Shown here: positions 15,371-23,339 of the stretch, in pieces | How positions within the stretch are numbered: the stretch's first letter is position 1 | Layout of the letters: every line of letters begins with the position of its first letter | IMG/VR virus record: IMGVR_UViG_3300011337_000101 | Span: 1 to 33,180 of that record | Direction: 5' to 3' (one strand) | Origin: a virus | Taxonomy: Duplodnaviria > Caudoviricetes | DNA: 33,180 nt | Notes under the pieces: model-generated | What the model saw: only the letters and a program-made list of their open reading frames with translations | Told to the model about the DNA's origin: nothing | Database searches by the model: none | Program-made: the position numbers and the translations under genes

Positions 15371-15613
15371 ATGGCCATCATCAAAGAAATCAGCTGCGTC
15401 GTCGGCACATACACAAACGCACAGGGCGAGAAGAAGAACCGCTATCAGCGCATTGGGTCAATCATCCAGGGGCAGCGCGGGGATATGTTGAAGCTGGACG
15501 TTATCCCACTGAAGGAAGGCGGCTGGGATGGCTGGGCATATCTGAATGATCCCAAGCCAAAAGAGCAATACCAGGGTTTGCCCAAAGATGAAGATGATTC
15601 AATTCCATTTTGA
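15371..15613 (+). CDS. Small SSB-like protein
   Basis: 80 aa beta-rich OB-like core, acidic tail ending DDSIPF; follows the annealase and exonuclease. Confidence 0.65.
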   Translation: MAIIKEISCVVGTYTNAQGEKKNRYQRIGSIIQGQRGDMLKLDVIPLKEGGWDGWAYLNDPKPKEQYQGLPKDEDDSIPF

Positions 15614-15879
15614 TCATGAGCAATTTAAAGAACATTGACAAAAGCGAAGTACCTACGCACATGGTGCGCCAGGCCGGCCTTGAGTTGCAGAAGAAAACCA
15701 AGGAAATCATGGGTGCATACGTGGAGCGCCAAAGACGCCCTGGTGAAGTGCGAGCAGCGGAGAATGATTTGTGGCAGCGCGGCCAGTACCGTACAGGTGA
15801 CGGTGACTATACGCAGCAAGTGCCGAGGGAAGGTAGCTTGAGGGCGTTCAGCTTGCCATCAAAGGGGAATCGGACATGA
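15610..15879 (+). CDS. Hypothetical protein
   Basis: 89 aa; ends R.GS..AFSLPSKG; coupled to neighbours. Confidence 0.65.
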   Translation: MIMSNLKNIDKSEVPTHMVRQAGLELQKKTKEIMGAYVERQRRPGEVRAAENDLWQRGQYRTGDGDYTQQVPREGSLRAFSLPSKGNRT

Positions 15880-16157
15880 GTGGCGGATACTGGCGTTACT
15901 CACAACACCATATGCAAGACATTGCTGATGATCTTGGTAGCTTAATCCATACCAATGACTTCAAAGGCACAGACAGATACGGTGACCCAATCGGAAAACA
16001 CTACAGCCCAGAAACCATTGCCGAGTTTGAGAAAGCCGTAAAGGCATTGAAGATGGCCTACGTTTACGCACAGCGCATCGACTGGCTGCTTAGTGGTGAT
16101 GATGGGGAAGACAGCTTTCACAAAAGGCTACAGGCACAATTGAAGGAGGCAGCATGA
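15876..16157 (+). CDS. Hypothetical protein
   Basis: 93 aa; MSGG start and RIDWLLSGDDGEDSF motif. Confidence 0.75.
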   Translation: MSGGYWRYSQHHMQDIADDLGSLIHTNDFKGTDRYGDPIGKHYSPETIAEFEKAVKALKMAYVYAQRIDWLLSGDDGEDSFHKRLQAQLKEAA

Positions 16158-16372
16158 CCAAAGACGACATCATTAAGCTGGCAAAGAAAGTCGGACTGTG
16201 TATAGACAAAGAACTGCAACCCGAACTTATTGTATTTTCTTCCCTTGTTGCCGCTGCCGAGCGTGAGGCTTGCGCGAAGTTATGTGAAACACACGCCGCA
16301 GCCAACACATCGTGGACAAAAGCAGCGGTAAAAGACTGCGCTGACGCCATCCGTGCAAGGAAAACGACATGA
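16154..16372 (+). CDS. Hypothetical protein (EREACAKLC family)
   Basis: 72 aa; AGGAGG RBS; AAAEREACAKLCE...CADAIRAR. Confidence 0.8.
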   Translation: MTKDDIIKLAKKVGLCIDKELQPELIVFSSLVAAAEREACAKLCETHAAANTSWTKAAVKDCADAIRARKTT

Positions 16373-16494
16373 CAGGATATTACTGCGTAGTATGCGGTAA
16401 GTTTTTACCAGCAGATGAGCATGGCGTTATTGTGCATGACGATGTGCCGCACCCTGTTGATATGGACTTTGGAGATGAGGAGAAGCCGCAATGA
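16369..16494 (+). CDS. Tiny CxxC/His protein (41 aa)
   Basis: Read manually: MTGYYCVVCGKFLPADEHGVIVHDDVPHPVDMDFGDEEKPQ; ATGA overlaps at both ends; AAGGA RBS. Confidence 0.7.
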   Translation: MTGYYCVVCGKFLPADEHGVIVHDDVPHPVDMDFGDEEKPQ

Positions 16495-17162
16495 CACCGC
16501 TAGTCAAAGAAATGATTAAGATGGTATCGGTGGTTGACCTTGACCCAACTCAGATGCAATGGTTTGATGTAACGGGCGCTATCAAAGAATACATTGGCTA
16601 TGACCAAAAGAAGTATTTGCTGCATCCAGCGCCGTACAAAAACATGATGTTGTGTGGCAAGACAGCGCAGGGTGACTTTATGCTGTCAGTGCTGGCTGAG
16701 CCAGCGGCCACTATTGTGACAGGTTGGATTATTAAACCAACAGGGTACAAAACCCTTGGGTCTTTTTTGTTTGCCGAACACAATGGCGAACCAAAGACGG
16801 GTGAGGTTGACAAGCCGATTGACCCGCAAGACCAGTCAATGATGTGCGCTATTGTGGCTATGTTTTACGCATCGTTGGATATGCCTGTAGAGGCTTACGT
16901 CCCAACGCCACACAAGGCCAATGTAAGCCGATCCAAACGTGGATTGAAGCCCCTATATGACTGGCACACGGTTCTTATTGAGCCGCCAAAGCCGCAGGCA
17001 GAGTCTCGCGGCGGCACACACGCAAGCCCACGCAGACACCAAGCACGAGGCCACTGGCGTACATACAAGTCAGGCAAACGAGGCTGGGTCAAAGAATGTT
17101 GGCGCGGCGACGCGAGTAAAGGAACAGTATTTAAAGACTACGAACTAAAGGAAACACCATGA
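16491..17162 (+). CDS. Hypothetical protein with a C-terminal SPRxHxxRGHWR motif
   Basis: 223 aa; GAGGAG RBS; basic His-containing C-terminal domain. Confidence 0.8.
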   Translation: MTPLVKEMIKMVSVVDLDPTQMQWFDVTGAIKEYIGYDQKKYLLHPAPYKNMMLCGKTAQGDFMLSVLAEPAATIVTGWIIKPTGYKTLGSFLFAEHNGEPKTGEVDKPIDPQDQSMMCAIVAMFYASLDMPVEAYVPTPHKANVSRSKRGLKPLYDWHTVLIEPPKPQAESRGGTHASPRRHQARGHWRTYKSGKRGWVKECWRGDASKGTVFKDYELKETP

Positions 17163-17323
17163 AGTGCAACCAAGACTGCCAGCAGGGCAGGCGCTGCGAC
17201 TGCGACGACGATATGTATGAGATTGAGCGGTGGATGGCTTGGGCAGCAGGTATCTGCTTGACTATGCTGCTCACTGCCGTGGCGTTTGCCGTTGGCGGGT
17301 TTATTTGGGGAGTGTTCGCATGA
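17159..17323 (+). CDS. Small Cys-rich membrane-anchored protein (54 aa)
   Basis: Read manually: MKCNQDCQQGRRCDCDDDMYEIERWMAWAAGICLTMLLTAVAFAVGGFIWGVFA; AAGGA RBS; ATGA overlaps at both ends. Confidence 0.75.
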   Translation: MKCNQDCQQGRRCDCDDDMYEIERWMAWAAGICLTMLLTAVAFAVGGFIWGVFA

Positions 17324-17568
17324 CCATCCAAACATTACAAGACCTTTGCTACGCATACTCTGTGGCCGAGCCGGTGCGGGAGATGCTGTTTGCTTTGCAA
17401 GATCGGATCACTGAGCTTGAGGCACAGCGCAAGCCGTTGACGGGTGATGAGGTGTGGAAAAACAATAAACTGATGTCGTTAAACGCAGAGCTTGGTTGCA
17501 GCATGGAATTGTTGATGGAAGTTGTTGAAGCCATCGAAGCCGCCCACGGCATCAAGGAGAGCATATGA
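17320..17568 (+). CDS. Hypothetical protein
   Basis: Likely start at 17320 (MTIQTLQ) with GGAG RBS; ends RKPLT..E...AIEAAHGIKE. Confidence 0.75.
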   Translation: MTIQTLQDLCYAYSVAEPVREMLFALQDRITELEAQRKPLTGDEVWKNNKLMSLNAELGCSMELLMEVVEAIEAAHGIKESI

Positions 17569-17891
17569 GCCGCTTACTACACGCTGCTGCCCGTGGGGCG
17601 AGGATTGAATACAAGCGGCTTGATGGCTACTGGGAAGAGGCTGATAGCTTATGCAGCATATTAAAAGGCACAAACGACTACCGTATCCACCCAGATGACA
17701 CCCACCTACAGTACGGCCCGATCAGCACGGCGCTGCGGGAGATTGCACTGACAGGCGACCGTGAAGACAGCACCATTCCGTACTTAACTATTGGGGTAAC
17801 CAAAGAAGCCAGCTACTGGGGCAGCAGTAAAAATGATCGGCGTGTTTTTCTTTTAATCTTGGCCGAAGCACTTGCCGAAGAGGGGCTGTGA
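17565..17891 (+). CDS. Hypothetical protein
   Basis: 108 aa; AAGGAG RBS; coupled to neighbours. Confidence 0.75.
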   Translation: MSRLLHAAARGARIEYKRLDGYWEEADSLCSILKGTNDYRIHPDDTHLQYGPISTALREIALTGDREDSTIPYLTIGVTKEASYWGSSKNDRRVFLLILAEALAEEGL

Positions 17892-18046
17892 TGACTGACC
17901 TAAGACAAGCAGCGCAGCAGGCACCTAAATCGCGCCCTTGCGATACCTGCAATGCCAGCTACAAAAACGACCTCCCGCGCATTATCCGATGCGGCACTTG
18001 CGTGGTGCGGCCGGGTCAGATGCCGACAAAGTGGAGACAAAGATGA
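17891..18046 (+). CDS. Small double-CxxC protein (51 aa)
   Basis: Read manually: MTDLRQAAQQAPKSRPCDTCNASYKNDLPRIIRCGTCVVRPGQMPTKWRQR; GAGG RBS; overlaps both neighbours. Confidence 0.7.
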   Translation: MTDLRQAAQQAPKSRPCDTCNASYKNDLPRIIRCGTCVVRPGQMPTKWRQR

Positions 18047-18531
18047 GTGATTTTCAAAAATGGTCAGTGCTGGCTTTTCGCGCCATGGACGACGCGGGGC
18101 GCGTGCTGATGACGATAGAGCCAGAGTCAACGACAGAGGGCGAAAGGCTGGACCAGCTCAAAGAAACAATCCGGGAGCTGTTGACGCAGGCTTTGCTGTT
18201 GAACGGCGTCTGCACGCGCCGGCAGTTGGACGAGCGGTTTCAGTTTGGCAAGCTGGACACTGATGCGTTGAATGTGCAGTTAGGGCAGCAGCAAGCCGAG
18301 CCGGTGGCGTGGATGGATAGGGAAGGTGATCTTTACAAGATGCCTGAGATTAAAAATTGGGCACCGCCTCACGTTCTGCTCTACACCACCCCACCTCAGC
18401 GCCAATGGGTAGGTCTGACAGATGAAGCTATTTGGCAGATCGCAACAGACTGCACGATTGGCGGTGATTTACACGCTGACAAATTTGCCCGAGCCATTGA
18501 AGCCAAACTGAAGGAACGCAACAATGGATGA
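18043..18531 (+). CDS. Modular hypothetical protein (AEPVAW...LYT.P...LTDE family)
   Basis: Likely start at 18043 (MSDFQKW) with GGAG RBS; ends FARAIEAKLKERN. Confidence 0.75.
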   Translation: MSDFQKWSVLAFRAMDDAGRVLMTIEPESTTEGERLDQLKETIRELLTQALLLNGVCTRRQLDERFQFGKLDTDALNVQLGQQQAEPVAWMDREGDLYKMPEIKNWAPPHVLLYTTPPQRQWVGLTDEAIWQIATDCTIGGDLHADKFARAIEAKLKERNNG

Positions 18532-18850
18532 CGTAAATTTCAGACAAAACGAAGTGCTACAAGCTCTTGCGCTCATTGGCCCAATGACAAACTACGAACT
18601 GCAACTGCACCTTGACTGGCCGGTGAAAACAATTAGCAGTATTTTGCAAAATCTAAAGCGCAAAGAACTGATTCGAGTTGTGTCGTATGAGTTGGACAGG
18701 ACTAGCCACTACGTACCACTGTACGCGGAAGGCGGCGGCGCTGATGCTAGAAGGCCACCAGCAAAGCCAGCACTCAATCAGGCTTTCAGCGCCTACCTCG
18801 TGGCAAAAGCCAACCGTAAAATGGGTGTATGGGCAGGGCTGATGCAATGA
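18524..18850 (+). CDS. Winged-helix DNA-binding protein
   Basis: VLQAL...GPMT..EL...L......IS..L..L....LI pattern. Confidence 0.7.
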   Translation: MDDVNFRQNEVLQALALIGPMTNYELQLHLDWPVKTISSILQNLKRKELIRVVSYELDRTSHYVPLYAEGGGADARRPPAKPALNQAFSAYLVAKANRKMGVWAGLMQ

Positions 18851-19062
18851 GCGCGAAGCGGCCCGGTGAACCACTGAATGTGTTTTACAGTATCAAGCTA
18901 ACCCAGAGCCAACGTATCAAGCTACTTCAACTCGGTGGCCCAGAATGGATAAGGAATCAAATTGAACGATCTACCGAACTTCCCAGCCTGGGAGCGTCAG
19001 ACGCTGGACAAATTCGCAGCGGACAGCTACATCCGGATGCAGCAGCAGGCCGAGGCGATTGA
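18847..19062 (+). CDS. Small ribbon-helix-helix-like protein
   Basis: Likely start at 18847; YSIKLT.SQR.KL..LGG.EWIR.QI pattern. Confidence 0.6.
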   Translation: MSAKRPGEPLNVFYSIKLTQSQRIKLLQLGGPEWIRNQIERSTELPSLGASDAGQIRSGQLHPDAAAGRGD

Positions 19063-19120
19063 GCAACTGCGGCAAGATCTGCGGGATGCCATGAGGCTAC
19101 TTCGCAGCACGGCCCTGTAG
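18962..19120 (+). CDS. Small coiled-coil protein, last early gene (52 aa)
   Basis: Read manually, TTG start with AAGGA RBS: MNDLPNFPAWERQTLDKFAADSYIRMQQQAEAIEQLRQDLRDAMRLLRSTAL; overlaps the convergent holin 3' end. Confidence 0.6.
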   Translation: MNDLPNFPAWERQTLDKFAADSYIRMQQQAEAIEQLRQDLRDAMRLLRSTAL

Positions 19121-19519
19121 CTTTTCGATGGTGCGGAGGCCACCCAGCCCGAGCATACCCATCAAAACTGGCAACATTTCAGTGAGGTCTGCTGGTGACA
19201 GGGTAATAGGGTTGCCGTAGATTTCCATGCCTAGTTTGGCAACAGGCAAGCCAATCCAGTTCCAGCCGCAGGCAGCGCCACAAACCCAGCCGATAGCTGG
19301 ACGCCAACCCGACACGAACAGACTAGGGTTTGCCGCTTCTGCCTGGTTGACTTTGATCTGCTCAATCATCAAGTTGGTGTCAGCCGTCAACTGAGCCAGT
19401 TCACCAGATTGCTGGAGTTTCAGCAGTTCTAATTTGGCAGCATCACGTTCTGCCGGGTCAGGCCACAGCCGGTCGATCACCTTGGAGCCAATGCCAAGAA
19501 GGATTGTTATGGGATCCAT
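19097..19519 (-). CDS. Holin (3TM, gene-transfer-release family)
   Basis: ID..WPDP, FVSGWRPAIGWVC and L.GMLGLGGLRT.EK motifs. Confidence 0.85.
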   Translation of the reverse strand: MDPITILLGIGSKVIDRLWPDPAERDAAKLELLKLQQSGELAQLTADTNLMIEQIKVNQAEAANPSLFVSGWRPAIGWVCGAACGWNWIGLPVAKLGMEIYGNPITLSPADLTEMLPVLMGMLGLGGLRTIEKLQGRAAK

Positions 19520-20229
19520 GTATCACTTTTCTTTCTGTTTTCTGCTGGCGTCAAAACCTGAAGATTTGACAAAGCATTGATTATTGCAGGATCAAAAATT
19601 CCTTCTGCAAAAAATGCAGCACATGGTTTTATGTGATCAATATGAAAAGAGTTTCTGTTGCTCCATCCCATGCCATCTCTAAATTGACTTTCAAGATGTG
19701 TTTGCAAATCATGCTTTGAGTATCCCAAAAGTTTCTCGGTTGTAGCGTCTTTTCGTATTCTTGCCATTATCAAAATTCTTCGCACCATTTGTTTGCAAGC
19801 GGCTCTTGACTTGTTTCTGGCGGCTTTTTCTTCATCAGAAAGTATATTTACTTTACGCGCAGCGGAATGTAACTTTTTTAAGTGCTCTTCTCTATCGGCT
19901 CTACGAAAGTGAGCATTGCGCATTTTTTGCTTTGACTCTTCCGTTCTTTTGCTTCCAACATTACGCCTATGGCCTAAAGTTGCTTCTCGCATTTTTTGCT
20001 TTGCTTCATCAGTATGAGTTGCGCCCTTTCTAGGGCTTGGCTGACCCATTCTGGCCGCAGAAATTCTTGCGTTTTTATCAATCACAACGCCTGATTTTTT
20101 GACCCACAACGACCCGGTGGATTTGCTCACACCAAGTTGCGCCGCTACCTGCCTTGTTGTCAATCCAGAGGAATACAAAATTCCAGCTTGAACAATCTTG
20201 TCATCCGACAATTCCTGGAAAGATTCCAT
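19507..20229 (-). CDS. Free-standing HNH homing endonuclease with NUMOD3-like repeats
   Basis: N-terminal HTH; HTDEAKQKMRE and RTEESKQKMRN repeats; HIDHIKP...NLQVL...NR.KS; AT-richer than its flanks; overlaps both neighbours. Confidence 0.85.
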   Translation of the reverse strand: MESFQELSDDKIVQAGILYSSGLTTRQVAAQLGVSKSTGSLWVKKSGVVIDKNARISAARMGQPSPRKGATHTDEAKQKMREATLGHRRNVGSKRTEESKQKMRNAHFRRADREEHLKKLHSAARKVNILSDEEKAARNKSRAACKQMVRRILIMARIRKDATTEKLLGYSKHDLQTHLESQFRDGMGWSNRNSFHIDHIKPCAAFFAEGIFDPAIINALSNLQVLTPAENRKKSDTWIP

Positions 20230-20659
20230 TTTTGTTTATAGTGATGATTCGGTTAATGATTTTTTGCGGCTTGGCTACGGATGTATGAATCCATCCGCCC
20301 TGCCTGCTATCAGGGTCATTATATTCTAGAATCAACTGTCCAATCCCAAGCACATCAATAACGCTTGCCAAGTCCTTGGCGATCTCAAAAGGCGTACCGG
20401 CCTTAGGAGCCTTGAAGTCAACAGCGAAGGCTAATGTATGGTCAGAGGTTGGTTTGGAGCCTATGGCCTTGTTTAGAGCCTCACAGCGGTATCCTGATGT
20501 GATGCTAATGGGTGCGTCAATGTGAAACCTGATTCGCTCCATCATCTGGAGTGTTTTCAGTGCGTTTTCGCGCAGTTCGTCAGGGATACGATTGTCAATG
20601 TTCAGCCTAGCCGCTGTGTCGCTGGCGGTGAACTCTTCCAGGCTGAAATGTTGTGTCAT
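20201..20659 (-). CDS. Endolysin, peptidase M15A family
   Basis: HFSLEEF..S, I.ITSGYRC..LN..IG, S.H....AVD and WIH.S Zn-ligand motifs. Confidence 0.9.
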   Translation of the reverse strand: MTQHFSLEEFTASDTAARLNIDNRIPDELRENALKTLQMMERIRFHIDAPISITSGYRCEALNKAIGSKPTSDHTLAFAVDFKAPKAGTPFEIAKDLASVIDVLGIGQLILEYNDPDSRQGGWIHTSVAKPQKIINRIITINKNGIFPGIVG

Positions 20660-20910
20660 TTGTCTAGGTACTTAACCAGGGCAAACACAATGGCCACAGC
20701 CGCCCAAACACCAACACCACGATTGACCCATTGATCGACCTTTTTGTCGATTCTTTGAAGGTGAACATCATGGACGCTGATCTTGCCTTCCATTGACCCA
20801 ATGCGTTCACCTTGAGTGGCCTGGCGTTCCTCAAAAAGAATCAGCTTGCCAACTGCGTCTGTCAGCTTGTCGACCTTGCTCTCCAGGCGTCTGAAATCAT
20901 CGTCTGTCAT
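20656..20910 (-). CDS. Coiled-coil protein with C-terminal TM (XhlA/holin-like)
   Basis: 84 aa; coiled coil followed by GVGVWAAVAIVFALV; directly upstream of the endolysin. Confidence 0.65.
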   Translation of the reverse strand: MTDDDFRRLESKVDKLTDAVGKLILFEERQATQGERIGSMEGKISVHDVHLQRIDKKVDQWVNRGVGVWAAVAIVFALVKYLDK

Positions 20911-21263
20911 AGCCCTTGCCCCGGCGTGATGTAAACGGTAACGGCTGATGCGGCCAGGCCACTGAAAAACACAGATCCATTCATGCGCAAAATGGCAGTG
21001 GTGCCAGGCATCAGCACAATGGCCGGCGAGGGATTACCTGCGATTGGTGCAACAGCGTTGGCCGTGGCTTCTGCCGCAGATGCGCCAAACCCCAAAAACA
21101 CGGTAACCGTTGTGCTTGAATTCGTAATCCTGTATTGGCCTGCGTTTTGCGGATCAAACTTTGCGTAAACAGGAACCTGCAAGCCGGCCGGCGCAGCAAG
21201 AGCCGCAGCAATGACAACAGTTTCGCCTAGAGGCGCAAAAGCAATTTGTGAATTTGTGGCCAT
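20907..21263 (-). CDS. Hypothetical beta-rich virion-associated protein
   Basis: 118 aa; QYRI.N...VFLG.G and VYITPGQG; GGAG RBS. Confidence 0.7.
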   Translation of the reverse strand: MATNSQIAFAPLGETVVIAAALAAPAGLQVPVYAKFDPQNAGQYRITNSSTTVTVFLGFGASAAEATANAVAPIAGNPSPAIVLMPGTTAILRMNGSVFFSGLAASAVTVYITPGQGL

Positions 21264-21274
21264 GATTACTCCAT

Positions 21275-21544
21275 TCAGTTGATTAACATTTCAGCTTGTC
21301 GGGCTTCGATTTCGTAGGGGTTTGCTAGGTAGCCGTATCGTACCAGCCAATACGTGTACTTGATCATGTACACCAGCTTGCCGTCGCGCTGCATTTGCTC
21401 AAGATGTTTGCGTTCATGGCGCAGCAGGGCAGCGTGTTGCTCGTAGCCTGGAGCCATGTAGATAACGCCCCACAGCGACGTCCAGCCGTGGAAACCACAG
21501 GATTTCATGTACCAGAGGATTAGGCCGGAGGCGGTGCGGGTCAT
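21275..21544 (-). CDS. Minimal HExxH zincin-like protein
   Basis: 89 aa; LLRHERKHLEQ and Y..NPYEIEAR motifs. Confidence 0.7.
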   Translation of the reverse strand: MTRTASGLILWYMKSCGFHGWTSLWGVIYMAPGYEQHAALLRHERKHLEQMQRDGKLVYMIKYTYWLVRYGYLANPYEIEARQAEMLIN

Positions 21545-21548
21545 GGGA

Positions 21549-23312
21549 TTACCAATTAGCTGGGCGGGTTACAACCAACTTCCAAGTTCCCGCACCAAAA
21601 GTTTGATTAAAACCAGACAAGTTACTGATGGTTATTCGGATGTTGCCTGCTGATTCCGGGGATGCCGCTGCCGTACAGCCCAGATTGGTATACGGCCAAA
21701 ACACATCAACACGATCACCTAACGCCACACCTGTAAAAGCCGCAACGGTTGCAGCCGACGTTCCAGTTACTACTGTGCCCGGTGTCCATGCAATTGAACC
21801 AACAATGCCGCTTGCAGAGTACCGCGCAGTAAACGCTGAGTATGGGGCTACAGAAAAAGAAGCCGCGCTGTTTAGGTTTGCGTTGCCGCCATCAACGTCA
21901 GTCCCTAGCAGTTTGACGTTGGTGTCCACCAATTTTAAGTTTGGCGCGATCATAATTTGACCGCCATACACCGTCACAGTTGCGCCGGATGCAGCAAACA
22001 CATTGACTCCGGTGGTGTTAAACGGATTGGTTTTGATGGCCGGGCTGTAATGGGTAGTACCTGCATAAGCAAGAATATGAGCGCCCGTCACGCTAGACGT
22101 AGAAAAATCAAACTTTACATCACGGGTGTTTCCCTCCAACCAGACTGCATTAGTCCAACTCTCAATTTGGCCCGTGATGCTGATGTTCTGGCAATCCTGA
22201 TATGCTTGCAAAGATGACCGCATAGTCACGCCGTAGGCGTACACATTGCCTGCTTTTGGAATCCAAACGCAGTTGTCAAAATTTGCAGTTCCCAATCCAG
22301 TCAGGATCATTGCCGTACTTGTCAAAGGCTGGAATGTGGTTAACCGAAAAGACTGGGCCGTATTGCTGAAAGTGGTATTGGCAATAGTTGCATTTGCCGC
22401 AGTCCAACCCTGTTCGTTTGCCAGCGTGGTAATGTAAGGAATGTCAGCTTCAAGCCAGCATTCGTCACAGACAAACTGCTCGGCGCAGTTGTTAGCCAAA
22501 GCAGTACCGCCACCGTTGGTCGCAATTTTTACGATCACCCGGCGCAAAGAATTGTTTTGGGCAAAATTTGCAAGGGTTGATCTCGCGTAAATTAGCCCAC
22601 CCTTTGCAGTGTTTGCGCCGATAGACACAAACATCAAATCTTCCATTGTGATAAATTGCGAACCGACAATTTCAGCAACCCAACTTCCAGAACCTGGGTT
22701 TGAGAGAATTACCGAAGCGGCAGTTACCGTTCCATCGTCGTATGCAACACACTCGCCACGCAAAGTAAGACCAACACCCGTAACGGCCAAATTACAAAGA
22801 TTCAAGGTGCTGGTGACTACGTACCTGCCAGCAGGAAATAGTATTTCTCTTGCGCCAGAGTTAATTGCGTTCTGAATTGCCGTGGTGTCATTAGTAACGC
22901 CATCCCCCACCGCCCCAAAGTCCTCCACACTCACACTTTCACGCAGCTTAGTCTGCACAGTCGTCGCCACCGCGCCAGTGCCTGCGGGGAGGTAAGAGAT
23001 ATTGGCAGATGACATGAACTCAGTTGCTGCTGGTGCGCTGTAGACCACGCTACCGTTGCGGTTCTGCACCTGGATGCTGTAGTCGCTGTTAACGTACAGG
23101 CGTGCAGGCGTGCCCTGGTACACCGGATAGCCAGCCAATGTGCGAATAGGCTGCACAGCTGCCACAGTCAGCGCGGCATCCCAATAGACCGAGATTGGGT
23201 TAACGATTGGGTTTAGATTGGTCGTGCCAATCCAGATATAGCCATTTTCAAGCGCCGTGCCATCACTGTCGCTAAAGATCGGGAATGGTGGAGATATGCT
23301 GAGTGCTGACAT
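21549..23312 (-). CDS. Tailspike: P22-type head-binding domain plus beta-helix
   Basis: P.PIF.D.DG..L.NGYI.IG N-domain; VSVEDFGAVGDGVTNDT.AIQ.AI pectate-lyase-like cap; beta-rich body. Confidence 0.88.
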   Translation of the reverse strand: MSALSISPPFPIFSDSDGTALENGYIWIGTTNLNPIVNPISVYWDAALTVAAVQPIRTLAGYPVYQGTPARLYVNSDYSIQVQNRNGSVVYSAPAATEFMSSANISYLPAGTGAVATTVQTKLRESVSVEDFGAVGDGVTNDTTAIQNAINSGAREILFPAGRYVVTSTLNLCNLAVTGVGLTLRGECVAYDDGTVTAASVILSNPGSGSWVAEIVGSQFITMEDLMFVSIGANTAKGGLIYARSTLANFAQNNSLRRVIVKIATNGGGTALANNCAEQFVCDECWLEADIPYITTLANEQGWTAANATIANTTFSNTAQSFRLTTFQPLTSTAMILTGLGTANFDNCVWIPKAGNVYAYGVTMRSSLQAYQDCQNISITGQIESWTNAVWLEGNTRDVKFDFSTSSVTGAHILAYAGTTHYSPAIKTNPFNTTGVNVFAASGATVTVYGGQIMIAPNLKLVDTNVKLLGTDVDGGNANLNSAASFSVAPYSAFTARYSASGIVGSIAWTPGTVVTGTSAATVAAFTGVALGDRVDVFWPYTNLGCTAAASPESAGNIRITISNLSGFNQTFGAGTWKLVVTRPANW

Positions 23313-23339
23313 TATTGGTTCTCCTGGGTGGATTGTCGT

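Noticed and set aside
18891-18924. TATCAAGCTA direct repeat as an operator or att site
   Set aside because: Only two 10-bp copies, both in frame encoding IKL; no integrase present
19507-20229. Group I intron in the lysis genes
   Set aside because: Endolysin and holin both look intact and overlap the HNH ORF, leaving no non-coding room for a ribozyme core
21549-23312. Diversity-generating retroelement target in the tailspike
   Set aside because: No reverse transcriptase and no template/variable repeat pair seen
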